Positions 24,578 to 35,400 of a DNA stretch of 64,000 bases are shown here, in pieces. The notes beneath the pieces are model-generated. The model saw only the letters and a program-made list of their open reading frames with translations. It ran no database searches and had not been told where the DNA came from. Both the position numbers and the translations under genes were made by a program. The stretch is from a virus. The DNA is taken from positions 1 to 64,000 of the IMG/VR virus record IMGVR_UViG_3300036832_000974; one strand, given 5' to 3'. Position 1 is the stretch's first letter. Each line of letters begins with the position of its first letter.

Positions 24578-27478
24578 TCAGAAGTGAAGGACTTGGCAGC
24601 GCGGATTCTGGAACGACGGCGGAAACACCGTGACACCGAGCGGCTTGGGCAGCGGCGTCGTCATCAGCGGCTTGCCGATTTCTGGCGATGCGACGGTGAA
24701 ATTGGGAACGCGCGCGCCGACCTTCATGACCGGCACGCCAAACGATGGCGGCCCGAGGATGAAGTTAACGTTGTAGGTCGGTATGATGGAGAGACTACGC
24801 GTCGTCGGATAGGCGCCGAACGCTCCCGCCCGCGCAGCCAGAACACCTGACCAGTCGGTGGTGCCGTCAACATTGGTGCCGGGCGGGAATGAAGCAGCCC
24901 AGTTAACCGTCGCCTGATATGTGTAGCTCACCTGCGCCTGCAGGTCACTGATCTCGATCTTCTGAAAGCTGATCTGCGAGGAGTTGGCCGAAGCGCGCTT
25001 CTCGACCGCGTCCATGCGGCCCTTTAGCTCGGCAATGTCACGCGCGATGCCGCCGAGCGTGGTGGTGGTGGTGGCCGCCGCGCCGCTGATACCGAACAGC
25101 GCCTCGTTGATCTTGCCGAGCAGCGCATCCTGATCGATGACGAGGCTGCCGTCGCCGTCGATGACGAGCGGCGCCTTGATCTCGACCGCCAGCGATCCAT
25201 CCGGCTCGACCACCAGCGGATTGGCGAGATCAAGGCCGAGCTTTTGCTCGGCCAGGGCGAGCGGTGGCTGCGCCCAGATGATCTGCGCCGGGCCACGGCC
25301 GGGATCGGTGCGGCCGACGAGATTCGGCCCCGGCCAGCACTCCAGCTCGAAGAAGGCGTTGTAGTTGGCGTGGATCGACGGCATCGAGGTCGGATCATCG
25401 CGGTCGACGAGACAGATGACCTCGGGGTTCTGATCGAACGCGAAGAACACCGGCAGCGGGGGCAGGTTTGGCGGCCCACCGAACTCGGGCGAATGCACGG
25501 TGAGATTGGCCGACCTGATCCGCTGCACCTGCGTCATCGTCGGCCCGCCAAGGTCCGGCCGGGCGATCAGGATCGACAGCGGGTGAAACACCGGGTTGGT
25601 GCCCACCAGCGGGCTTCCCAGAACCGGGCCGACCGTCGGCGCCAACGACTGCGCCGTCATGGCGTACATGAAGCGCGCTTCGAGCGGCCGCCCCAGCACC
25701 GGCGACCCCACCGTCAGCGGCTGCGCCGACAGCCCCACCACCCGTTTCATGGCCGGGGTACCAAGCGCGGGCGGCAACACCGCCACGTCGATGGCGGTCA
25801 TGCCGTAGACCAGCCGGGCCAGTGCCGGCTGCCCGAGCGCGGGCGGCGCCACCACCTTGTCGAACGCCAGCATGTAGTGGTGCTGCCGCAGCGTCGGCGC
25901 CGTGAAGGTGGGCGGCCCGACCGTCAGCGGGATTGGCGCCACGTAGGGCAGCAGCAGCGATGGCCGGTCAATGACCGGCGGGGCCACCGCGAAGCCGATG
26001 GCAGTAAACTTCGGGGTGACCGTCAGCACCGGTGCAACCGGAGCGATGTCGGGGCGCCCGAGCGAGAGGTCGAAGGCGGTGAGGTGCTGGACCGGTGCCG
26101 TCGACGGTGTGCCGAGCACGGGTGAGCCAACCGAGAACCCGAGCGGCGAGGGAAGGGTCTGCTTTCCGCCTACCCTTGGGCTTCCTATCGCCAGGGCGGT
26201 GGGTGCCAGCGAGATCGCGGTGATGTAGTGGTGCTGGCCTAGCGCCGGGCTATCCAGCGCCGGCGAGGCCGGTATCAGCGGCAGCGGCTCGATCTGGTCG
26301 CCGACCACAAAGCCGGTGACGTCACCAAGCGCCAGGGCCCCGATCGGGGCGTCGGCCGCCGAAGCGAGGGCAGGCGACACCGCCACGACCTCGGGCGCCG
26401 CCACGGCGCCGACCGCGCTGGAACCCATGGCTGGCGAGCCCAGCGCCAGCGACGTCTTCCCCGGGAAGACGGCCGCTCGCCCCATGACCGGGCCGCCGAT
26501 GACGGGCTGGCCCGCGGCCACGGGCACCGCCGCCAGGGCTGCCTTGGTGCTCTTGGCCAGCACCGGCACGGCAAAAGCCGGGTGGCCGACCGTCAACCCG
26601 GGGGTGGCTACAGCATGCCGCTGCCTCAGCGCCGGGGTGCCAATGACGGGCGAGGCCGTCGCCAGCACCGACACCGCCGTCAGCTTGACCGTCGGCAGCA
26701 GCGTCGGACCGCCGAGGACGGGCGGCGGCACGGCAAAGCCGATCGCCGTCATCCCGTAGCGCTGTGCAAACACCGGGGCGCCGAGCCCAAGGGCAGCGGT
26801 TGCAAAAGCGCCAGCGCCCAGCACATCTGGCGCCACCGGCCACCCCACCATGAAGGCGGCCCACGGATTGGTGGCGATGGTGGCGCTGAAGATCTTCGAC
26901 GCTGTGGTGGTTGAGGCTAGATTGCCGCCGCGAACGCGCGCAAACCCGGAGTTGGTCGCATCGGTAAACGGCGGCGTCGCGGTCAGGTTGCCGGTGATCG
27001 TGAAGGTGTCGGCGGTCGCCGCCCCAGCGATAGCAGCACCGCCAAGCAGCGCGGTGAGAACATCGGGAATAACTCCCGAGGCCACCGACGGTGTCGTTCC
27101 AGTCCCGGTCGCGTTGACGCTGACCGTCGGCGCCACGTCCTTGACGCCGGTGATGTACGCCGCCGACATCACGCAGCGGCCGCTGGCCTGCTTGTTATAG
27201 GTGAGCGTTGCGCCGGTCAGTGCTGCCGAATTGCGCCGATAGTGAATCTGCGCATAGCCGTTGGCAGTCAGTGCGTTGGGATTGGCCCTGAGCGTGGCAT
27301 CGCTGGTATAGTTGCCAGCGTTCACGCCATCGGTAACGGTGCCCGCTACGGCACTGGTGTTTCGCTCATAGATAAAAACAACGATGTGGGCGCCAGCCGG
27401 GACGGTGACGCCAGTGATGGCTAGCGTGGCGCCGCTGTTGTTATTGTTGGTGCCGAGGCTGGTGAAGACAGCGGCCAT
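24578..27478 (-). CDS. Repeat-rich fibre scaffold protein (966 aa)
   Basis: About 20 repeats of roughly 23 aa (hTAxxhxVxxPxhGxPxh), beta-spiral-like PLVVEPDGSL/PLVIDGDGSL, coiled coil. Confidence 0.75.
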   Translation of the reverse strand: MAAVFTSLGTNNNNSGATLAITGVTVPAGAHIVVFIYERNTSAVAGTVTDGVNAGNYTSDATLRANPNALTANGYAQIHYRRNSAALTGATLTYNKQASGRCVMSAAYITGVKDVAPTVSVNATGTGTTPSVASGVIPDVLTALLGGAAIAGAATADTFTITGNLTATPPFTDATNSGFARVRGGNLASTTTASKIFSATIATNPWAAFMVGWPVAPDVLGAGAFATAALGLGAPVFAQRYGMTAIGFAVPPPVLGGPTLLPTVKLTAVSVLATASPVIGTPALRQRHAVATPGLTVGHPAFAVPVLAKSTKAALAAVPVAAGQPVIGGPVMGRAAVFPGKTSLALGSPAMGSSAVGAVAAPEVVAVSPALASAADAPIGALALGDVTGFVVGDQIEPLPLIPASPALDSPALGQHHYITAISLAPTALAIGSPRVGGKQTLPSPLGFSVGSPVLGTPSTAPVQHLTAFDLSLGRPDIAPVAPVLTVTPKFTAIGFAVAPPVIDRPSLLLPYVAPIPLTVGPPTFTAPTLRQHHYMLAFDKVVAPPALGQPALARLVYGMTAIDVAVLPPALGTPAMKRVVGLSAQPLTVGSPVLGRPLEARFMYAMTAQSLAPTVGPVLGSPLVGTNPVFHPLSILIARPDLGGPTMTQVQRIRSANLTVHSPEFGGPPNLPPLPVFFAFDQNPEVICLVDRDDPTSMPSIHANYNAFFELECWPGPNLVGRTDPGRGPAQIIWAQPPLALAEQKLGLDLANPLVVEPDGSLAVEIKAPLVIDGDGSLVIDQDALLGKINEALFGISGAAATTTTTLGGIARDIAELKGRMDAVEKRASANSSQISFQKIEISDLQAQVSYTYQATVNWAASFPPGTNVDGTTDWSGVLAARAGAFGAYPTTRSLSIIPTYNVNFILGPPSFGVPVMKVGARVPNFTVASPEIGKPLMTTPLPKPLGVTVFPPSFQNPRCQVLHF

Positions 27479-27497
27479 GTCCCAGGCCCACCCATCC

Positions 27498-30128
27498 TCA
27501 ACGGAACATCATGAAGATGTAATTCGACGGCACCGACAATGTCGTATCAGCCGTAAACACCCCTCCTACCGTGCTTCCAGCAAACGTGTTCGGGGTTGAC
27601 GTCGTGTCCACATTCTTGGAGTGGGCCACGAAGATCGATTGTTGAGATGCTGTCTTCGAAAGGCACCAAGGCTGGCCAGCCCCATCGGCTTGCCCGCCCT
27701 GCGAGTGCGTCCCGCAGTACGTTGTATCGAACCCAGCTATGAACGGCTCGGTGTTGTTGTTAACGCAATCGTTCCCAGTCACTGATGCGGTGTCAGCGCT
27801 GATCAGCGTTATGCATAAGCCAGCGGCGTTGGTTATGAAGTTGTTGGATATCTGCAAATTTTTGAACGGGAAACCGGATGGCGAGAACCCGCCATCTTGA
27901 GTGGTGCCCCACACGAAGATGGCCGCTCCGTTCCACCCCGACGCACCTGCCCCGTTAGAGATAGATAACGGGTCCCAGACATGCGAGAAGTCGCCGCCTC
28001 CTACCCCCACGATTGAATTGTTGCGGACAATGATGTTGCTTGAACCTGAGCCGGCAAGGGTCTCCAGAGACGGAGTGTTGAAACTCCAGCTCATTTCAAT
28101 CGGCCCATAATAATTATTGCCAAACACATTGTTCTCGATAAGGACGTTTTCATTGTAAGCAAGAATACGTCCATGGTTGTCATGGAAGCACGAGTCACGG
28201 ATGATGACATTCGGAGAAGACAGCCCCGGGAACGCTATCGCCGGAAGCTGTGTGCCGGTAAGCCCAATGTACGGGGTTAGCTCCGGGACTGATGGATAGG
28301 TCACGGTCCAGGTCCATATGCCAGTCCCCGCATTATACGACTGGGAGAATGATCCGATCGTTCTGCCGATCTCTGCATAGGTGTTCGGATCGATGAACTT
28401 GATCGTGTTGCCGACCCCTGTCGTCATCGGATATTGAAATGTCGTGTCCAGCGTGAAGCCGGTGGTTGACGTAAGAGACGTCAGGTTCTTCACCATGAGC
28501 CCACGCATCCAGAAATCGTCATCATCTTGGAAACCAAAGTCGCTGTTCTCGATCAGAATGTTTCCGTAATTGAACGCCGAATCGGAATCGCCAACGAACG
28601 AGACGTAACGCGGCTGCTCCCCAGATGCGAGGGCAGAATCCGGCTTCCGGGTCAGTGCGATATTACTCAGCCTCACATTCGAAGACTGCGAACCAACTAT
28701 GAGCCCGGTTCCTCCACCACCATAGCAGGCAACATTCTCGAACGTGGAGTTGGTCGCGGCCGAGCCGATATCGATGCATCCGGCAGTCTTGACGAACAGA
28801 ACAGCTTCGGTCCCATCCGGCAGATTGAAACCACCTGACAAATTGTAATAGTACAATCCATCCGAGGCGAAGTTGGAATTGAACCCGGTGCCATTTGGTC
28901 CTGTCGCAGTAGGTACAATCCCAACACGAGCGCCACCACGAAAGTCATAGGTGTAGTTGGACAGACGGTAGCCGTCCAATGTCTTGAGCGTAGGCGGGTT
29001 GGTCGGATCGGGAATGTAGTAAGAAGGATTGTTGACCGTGAACCGCTGCGATGAAACAGCTGTCATCACCGTAGGCGTCGATACATTCGTTGATGGGTTT
29101 ATTCCATAGGTGAGATTATAGGTCCCCGTTCCGCCGGTCCCCGTTCCCCCGGGATAGATACGAGCCCAGCTGCCAATCGCTCCTGACGCATCATAGATGT
29201 ACTGATCGTTGGCAAGCGCGCCGCTCGTCACACTGGACACTGTCAGGATGCCGCTGCCAGCATTAGGCGGCCCACCGGCAGCAATGGTGCCGGTGAACGT
29301 TGCGCCAACCACATTGTGAACAACTCCGGGGATTGCGGCGCGAAAGTCCCGGTCGAACTGAATGTCCCTCACGAGGGTCCGGTTGGTGAGACCGACCACA
29401 AGTCCCTGAACAGCCCCAATCGTCGACGGCGTCTGATTGAAGAGGACGCGGGTCAGCGGAATGATGTGCCCCTTGGCATCGGTGGTGTGACCAGCGTCAC
29501 CGATCAACGAGGTGTCATTGGCGGTCATCATAATGTTGTAATTGAACGTACTGGTGCTCCACGACGGATTGTTCAGATGATAATCGCCAGCAGCGAGATG
29601 CACCGCGGTGCCGGCAACCTTCAGGGCATTGTCTATGTTGGTGAAGTCACTACACCCTACCGCGCCATTGCAGGGCGACAGCATTACCGTTGACGTGGTG
29701 ACAGGGACCTGGACCGTGAACGATATCGTGTCACCATTGGCCGCTTCGAATGATTCCGTCCGGTCCACCCCGAGCTTAGGCGCCGGGATTTGCTGCATCG
29801 GCGGACAATTGAATGGCAATGTCATGTCCGAGATCGCGGCACGCATTGGGTTGGTTTGACTCGCGCCATTCACGACCTGATAGACGTAAACCGTATTCAC
29901 GACCGCCGTTGTGTCGGTGAACGTCGCGCCCGCTGTCGTGCCGATCGTAGTGGTGGAACCCGGCACACCGAACGCCGAGCGCTGCACCGTGTTGGTCCCG
30001 GACGGTGACGATCCCCAGGACAATGCAATGTTGGTCCCCGACGGTATTGCTGACAGCGTTCCGAACGACTGCCCGAAAGCGCCGGATGTTGGGATGACAA
30101 GGCACGCCAGCGCGAGCAGGTGTTTCAT
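27498..30128 (-). CDS. Beta-helix glycosidase/depolymerase (GH110-like) with signal-peptide-like N-terminus and FN3-like domain
   Basis: GNILIENSDFGFQDDD, NVIIRDSCFHDN.GRIL...NVLIENNVF; MKHLLALACLVIPTSGAFG/Q. Confidence 0.7.
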   Translation of the reverse strand: MKHLLALACLVIPTSGAFGQSFGTLSAIPSGTNIALSWGSSPSGTNTVQRSAFGVPGSTTTIGTTAGATFTDTTAVVNTVYVYQVVNGASQTNPMRAAISDMTLPFNCPPMQQIPAPKLGVDRTESFEAANGDTISFTVQVPVTTSTVMLSPCNGAVGCSDFTNIDNALKVAGTAVHLAAGDYHLNNPSWSTSTFNYNIMMTANDTSLIGDAGHTTDAKGHIIPLTRVLFNQTPSTIGAVQGLVVGLTNRTLVRDIQFDRDFRAAIPGVVHNVVGATFTGTIAAGGPPNAGSGILTVSSVTSGALANDQYIYDASGAIGSWARIYPGGTGTGGTGTYNLTYGINPSTNVSTPTVMTAVSSQRFTVNNPSYYIPDPTNPPTLKTLDGYRLSNYTYDFRGGARVGIVPTATGPNGTGFNSNFASDGLYYYNLSGGFNLPDGTEAVLFVKTAGCIDIGSAATNSTFENVACYGGGGTGLIVGSQSSNVRLSNIALTRKPDSALASGEQPRYVSFVGDSDSAFNYGNILIENSDFGFQDDDDFWMRGLMVKNLTSLTSTTGFTLDTTFQYPMTTGVGNTIKFIDPNTYAEIGRTIGSFSQSYNAGTGIWTWTVTYPSVPELTPYIGLTGTQLPAIAFPGLSSPNVIIRDSCFHDNHGRILAYNENVLIENNVFGNNYYGPIEMSWSFNTPSLETLAGSGSSNIIVRNNSIVGVGGGDFSHVWDPLSISNGAGASGWNGAAIFVWGTTQDGGFSPSGFPFKNLQISNNFITNAAGLCITLISADTASVTGNDCVNNNTEPFIAGFDTTYCGTHSQGGQADGAGQPWCLSKTASQQSIFVAHSKNVDTTSTPNTFAGSTVGGVFTADTTLSVPSNYIFMMFR

Positions 30129-31081
30129 CGGCACACCTCCAGCTTTTCGAGCCGGGATTTCAGCTCCCTTACTGCACCAACCAGCTCGGCGATCATCCCA
30201 GGTTGCGACCACCCTCTGGGTTTTCCCTCAGTATCATACGCGACCAACCTGGACTCGACGGCTTCAACATCCTCGGCGATCAGCCCGATCTGCTGACGAT
30301 TGGAAACATCATCGTTCCGCACAAACGTCTTGGGCTGCAGCGCAGCGATGCGGTCCAGGGAGCCACCGAGCGGTGCGATGTCGTGCTTGACCCTGGCGGT
30401 CGAGGTGAGACACCCAAGCGTCGCATCGTAAGTGATGGCACCGCTGGTGCCGAAACAAACCGTGCCGAGCTGAGCCGCTGCCGTCTGAGTCATGGCCGGA
30501 ACGAAGAGTTGGCCCACAAAATGAGCCGATTGAGAAGTATCTAAGGTCAAAGCCAGATTTGGGCCACCAGTGCCAAAAGCAAGTTGGCCATTACTACGGA
30601 ACGCTAGATCAGTGCCGTATGAGCCAGTAACGAGCGCTCCACCACTTCCTATGTAGCCGAAGGTCCCAAAGGGAGCGTTTGCCATCGAAAAATAGGTGTC
30701 AGCCTGCGGAGACGTCAGCACCAAGACTTGCTGCCATCCGTTCGAAATCACGCTTGGCTGGGTGCTGGACCCACCGACATTGATCCTGTCACCAACTCCG
30801 AGCCCCTGATCGATGATGACGGCCCCGGTTGTTGGCGACGTCGATGCTGTCCCATTGGTGAAGTGAAACGGCTGCGAGAGATCAAGCGACAGCGTTGGCG
30901 GCGCCGTCCCGGTTACCTGCAAGGGAGACTGCGTAGCCGTTGCCGGACATGGTTGCAGCGCCGCTGGGGTACCTGTCGGATTGCAGAAGATGCTGAATGG
31001 CGGGACCTGACCGGGAAAAGTCTGCGCAGCCGCAGGAATGACGAACAGCGCGAGCAGCGCCGCGAGCAGGGAACGTCTCAT
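30125..31081 (-). CDS. Fibre protein with peptidase S74 intramolecular chaperone domain
   Basis: TSTARVKHDI..L...LDRI..LQPKTF...GLIAEDV...LVGAVRELK; N-terminal MRRSLLAALLALFVIPAAA/Q. Confidence 0.82.
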   Translation of the reverse strand: MRRSLLAALLALFVIPAAAQTFPGQVPPFSIFCNPTGTPAALQPCPATATQSPLQVTGTAPPTLSLDLSQPFHFTNGTASTSPTTGAVIIDQGLGVGDRINVGGSSTQPSVISNGWQQVLVLTSPQADTYFSMANAPFGTFGYIGSGGALVTGSYGTDLAFRSNGQLAFGTGGPNLALTLDTSQSAHFVGQLFVPAMTQTAAAQLGTVCFGTSGAITYDATLGCLTSTARVKHDIAPLGGSLDRIAALQPKTFVRNDDVSNRQQIGLIAEDVEAVESRLVAYDTEGKPRGWSQPGMIAELVGAVRELKSRLEKLEVCR

Positions 31082-32439
31082 TGGATGCTCCATCCAGCGT
31101 TCACGCCGTCATTGAAAGGCACGAGCGTGATGGCTGCATAATTGTTGCTGAGGACAAAACTTGGCAGCCCGTCGATAAGGTCCGGCGACGTGGTGGTGAT
31201 CGTAATCGGGTGAGCCGCTGCTTGCCCCAAGTCCTTGAACGTCACCGGTCTGCCGGACCGGCTCGACGCCAGCGGCAGCGTGCAAGAAGCAGTCCCAGCA
31301 ATGTTGCAGTTGATGATATTGTCGGTTGGGTTGACGACAATCGGTGACGCCGTCACCGCGCGCTGCTTCCTAACACCGAGCACCTGCGTCGCACTACCGA
31401 TCCGAACGTTGATGGCAGCACCGTCATTCCACACGTCGCCATCAACCGGTGACGTCGGCGCCGCACCCGAAGGAATGCTGATCCCCGATCGCGCCGCCGT
31501 GCTTGGCGATGTCCTGACCTGCCCGCCGAACCAGCTTGGCGTATCACCGGCAACGTAGACCCCCCATGAGTTGGTCGGTGCGTTGGGGGCAGGCGGCGGA
31601 TCGACATAGACGCCGTACCAGTTCGTGATCGCACCGCCTTGGTTGAATCCAGTAGCAGCATAAAGGCAGCGGGCGTCGTCAATGGTGCCGCTGGCATTGA
31701 GGTTCTGTATGCCGCCTTGCGTGGCCCACGCCTGAACAATCCTGCCCGCGCCAGTATTGTAAATAGTGCCTATGACTCCGTACGCAGTGAAGACAATCCC
31801 GGTACCTCCCGGTTGAACCTGACCTTGAAGCGCGGTCAAACCTTGCTGGTAGTTGTAATCGCCTCCGGGATTGATGCCGAAAGATCCACCAGTGACACCG
31901 GCGTTGCAAACCGTATCAATGTAGGGGACGACGAGAAGATACTGGGCCGTGGTCCAATCTGTAGGATTATAAAGGGCAGACTGCATGTGCAGCCTGACGG
32001 CGGACTGCGGCGCCTGATTGCCAATCGATACAGGCACATCACGAAACCACGTTGGTGCGTGATACACCCAAGCGTCAGGACTCGTGATGTTGTAGTCGGC
32101 GTGGTCGAGCTGGGTGAGCAGATTGGTTCCCGACGACAGGCTAGCAAGATCCTCGGCCAGGAGCACGAGAGCAACCCGGGCATTGCCGGAGAGCGCGAGC
32201 GCGGCGCCGCCGCTGCTCGACCCGAGCGGGCCGCGCGTCAGCGTGGTGCCGCTGCCACCGATGGTGCCGTGGCCGTACTCGTAAGCGGTGCCGTCAGAGA
32301 TCGAGTAGGACACCGACGAGCCATCGGGGACCGAAGCCTGCGCGGGCGTGCGCCGCCCCGGAATCGCCGCGCCGACGGTGATGGTGCCGGTGCCGGTGGT
32401 CGGCGTCGAGAACTCGACGAGATTGAACAGTGCTGTCAT
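31078..32439 (-). CDS. Tail fibre/receptor-binding protein
   Basis: N-terminal STPTTGTGTITVG adaptor; GAAPTSPVDGDVW; C-terminal TLP.A..SGR..FKD..G.A....ITI....DLIDG domain. Confidence 0.8.
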   Translation of the reverse strand: MTALFNLVEFSTPTTGTGTITVGAAIPGRRTPAQASVPDGSSVSYSISDGTAYEYGHGTIGGSGTTLTRGPLGSSSGGAALALSGNARVALVLLAEDLASLSSGTNLLTQLDHADYNITSPDAWVYHAPTWFRDVPVSIGNQAPQSAVRLHMQSALYNPTDWTTAQYLLVVPYIDTVCNAGVTGGSFGINPGGDYNYQQGLTALQGQVQPGGTGIVFTAYGVIGTIYNTGAGRIVQAWATQGGIQNLNASGTIDDARCLYAATGFNQGGAITNWYGVYVDPPPAPNAPTNSWGVYVAGDTPSWFGGQVRTSPSTAARSGISIPSGAAPTSPVDGDVWNDGAAINVRIGSATQVLGVRKQRAVTASPIVVNPTDNIINCNIAGTASCTLPLASSRSGRPVTFKDLGQAAAHPITITTTSPDLIDGLPSFVLSNNYAAITLVPFNDGVNAGWSIQ

Positions 32440-35400
32440 CAGTGATACCGCCGCGTCGAGATGTAGATGGTCACCGACCCGTCAGTCAGTCCGGTAAGGG
32501 CAGTCGCCCCAATGAATCGAACGCTCATCTGCATAGTACCAGTCGGCCCGTCCCATCCCGGGCAGAATCCATCTGCAGTGGGCATCGTCGCCTTGGCGAG
32601 GTTAACCCCGTAGTCGGCATCGGCGATACCCTTGACGTTACCCTTCGTGCCGCCCCTCACTACGGTCGTGCAGTCGAACGCCTTGAGCAGATCGGTTCCA
32701 CCCGAAGTGGTGCCGACCTGCATCGTGCAGGTGCCCGCGCCGGTGAACACTCGTGCCACATCGGCAACGATACCGGTGATCTTCGAGCGCATGGGTATGG
32801 CGCCCAGTGAGATATCAACGGTTGTGACCCCGGCGGAATTGATGGAGGTGAACGGTATTGTTATGGATGTGACGCCATCGGTCAGGATGCCCTGCGAGTG
32901 CGCTATCAGCCCGCTGCCCTGAACATTCTGTCCCAGGCCAGTCGAGAGGGTCTGAAGAGCACCGAACGATGTAGGAATTTTACCGGTGTCTCCGTAGTCG
33001 TTGATCTGCTGCACAGCCCACTTGGAGTGAGGGAATGTCGATGTGGGGAACTCATCATTGGGATCGTAGGGATTCATGGAGCCATCGTAGTAGACCGGCA
33101 CACCCTGCGTTCCACCGGTGTTCGCAAAGGAATTGCCGATGGACGTCACCCCTCCAGGCTCCTGCGCGCCTAGTATCTGCACGACCGTCATCCCCTTGGA
33201 CGATACAGTGCCCATGTCCCGGTCGAGAGTGTATGTCCCAACCCCTCCGCTCCCAGTTCCGTAGTTGGAAATCTGGGCGGTCTCCATCGAGTTCCCTGAC
33301 CCAGGAGACCTGTAGAACCTGATCTGCCACGTAGGACCGAACCCCGGGAAGCCAGCAGCGACCGCCGTGACGTTGAGAGTCGACACCCCTCCCGTCGTCG
33401 ATATAGATGCGGTGATTGGAATAACTGGATGCGAGTTCAAACTGGAAATATCAGTGCAAACTATTTTTGGTGACATTCCAACGGCTGGGTTCTCAAGAAA
33501 GCAAGCGTCTCGTGCCCCATTCATGAAAACGTTGTTGATCATGGTCAGATTGCCCGGCCACTGGATGACAACACCATCGGCTGGCATTGTGCACTGATAA
33601 GAGTTCTGCACCAGCGTCGCATTGATCTGCCCGGCGCCACCAACGGCCGTTAAGAACATGCCGCAGCTCTCTGTCTCCGCGGACGTGATGTGGATGTTCG
33701 ATGCACCATTGGCACGGATGTCAGAGAGCGTGTCGCCAGCGAAAGATGGGAAGAACAGCTCGCAGCTCCCCGACACTGGGTCACCATCAAAGCCGTAGTC
33801 CAAGTGTCCGAACACAGTGTTGAAGATGAAGAAATTCTTGATGTTGCCACCGACGATGGTTCTGAAACCGGAGTGGCCCTTGATCGACCGAACTGTGGTT
33901 CCCGACCTCGTGGTGCCAACAAGCGGCACCTTACCGGCAAAGACTTTATGATTGCCATATTGCGTGCCAGTGAAGTTGATGCTGGCGCCGCCGGGCGTCG
34001 CCGACACCTGGAACGTGTCGGTAGCGAGTCCAGTGGCGCTGACGTAGTAATTATTGCCGTGGGTAATATCGGTCGAGTACAGCGGCCCACCGACGATGGT
34101 CGATGGCAGCGATCCGTCAGTCTGAAACACCACCGGAGTATTAGCCGCTAGTCCATGCCCGGGCCAGTGAACCACGCCGGGACTAGCGTTGGGCATCAAC
34201 GTCGCGAACGCGTCAGTGATGGTCGGGAACTGGAAGTTGTAGACCGGGAGAGCGAGGTGATAGTGGTCGGCATCAATCGGGATGGCATAGTATGTCAGGC
34301 CAGAGTTGGCATCGTCGATCTTCACGGCACGACCCATGGTCAGCCCGTGGGCCGTGTCGGTTACGACGAGGGGATTGCCAGCGGCGATGGTCACCGTCGC
34401 ATTCTTGATGCCGCCCAGCACCTCGCAGGAGTCAAAAATGATCTGAGCCGCTTGAACTGTCTGCTGTATTTGGTTGCCGCACAATACAGCAGTACTGTTA
34501 TGAGCTAACACCCCAGTCGCAAACACGCACCTGTTGAAAGTGATGTTGTTGCACGGCGTCCCGCCGCCGACCTTCTCGCCCACAGCATGGTCGTTGACGC
34601 AGTCGGCAACGAATGCATATTGGCTGACGATCGCCTTCACATAGACAATCTCGAACGCGGCGGTGCCGAGACCAACGCCGACACTTGCACCCGGTTGCAC
34701 GCCAGGAGACGTCCACGGGTGGTCGTTGATCATCATATCGCAGGTGAAGGTCCGATTCGTACCAGCCGTCACCGCGGCGGCAAGATGGATTGCCCCGAAG
34801 TTGTTCATCGTGTTGTCGGCGGTGATGTGGACCGTGTTCACGAGGTCGCTGAAGGTCGTGTAGTCCATGCCGATGGAGACAAAGTTGACGGCTTCGATGA
34901 TGATCTGGTTGGCGCCATAGATGATGAACATCGATGGGTAGCCAGACCCCTGCCACGCGAAGCAGCTGCTGACCGTACCGCCGGATGCTGATTGAGACTG
35001 GCCGAGTATCTTGATGCTGATGCCGTTGTTGCCGCACAGGATCACTGGGTGCTTCAACATCATGACAGAAGGTGGCAGCAGCAGCGTCGCCGTTAGGCTA
35101 CCGCCGTTCAGGATGGTGCCGGGGTCCTGGAACGGCAGAAGCGCGGCGTTCAGGGTAGCCGAGTCGTCAGTGGACTGATCAGCGTAGACGCCCGCCACCT
35201 TGGCGTTCCAGCCGATCGCCTCCGGGATGTACTCCCAGTGCGCGCCATCGGCGCTGGTGAATGAGTAGGGCGCCTTGGACGGGTTGATCGAGGAGACCCT
35301 CTTGTAGTTCGCGCCGCCGCCGTCACCGACGGTGCGGTAGCCAGAGGTGTGGATCGCGTTGAGAGAGGGCGCGATGTTTGCGGCCATCGCCACGGTTCGC

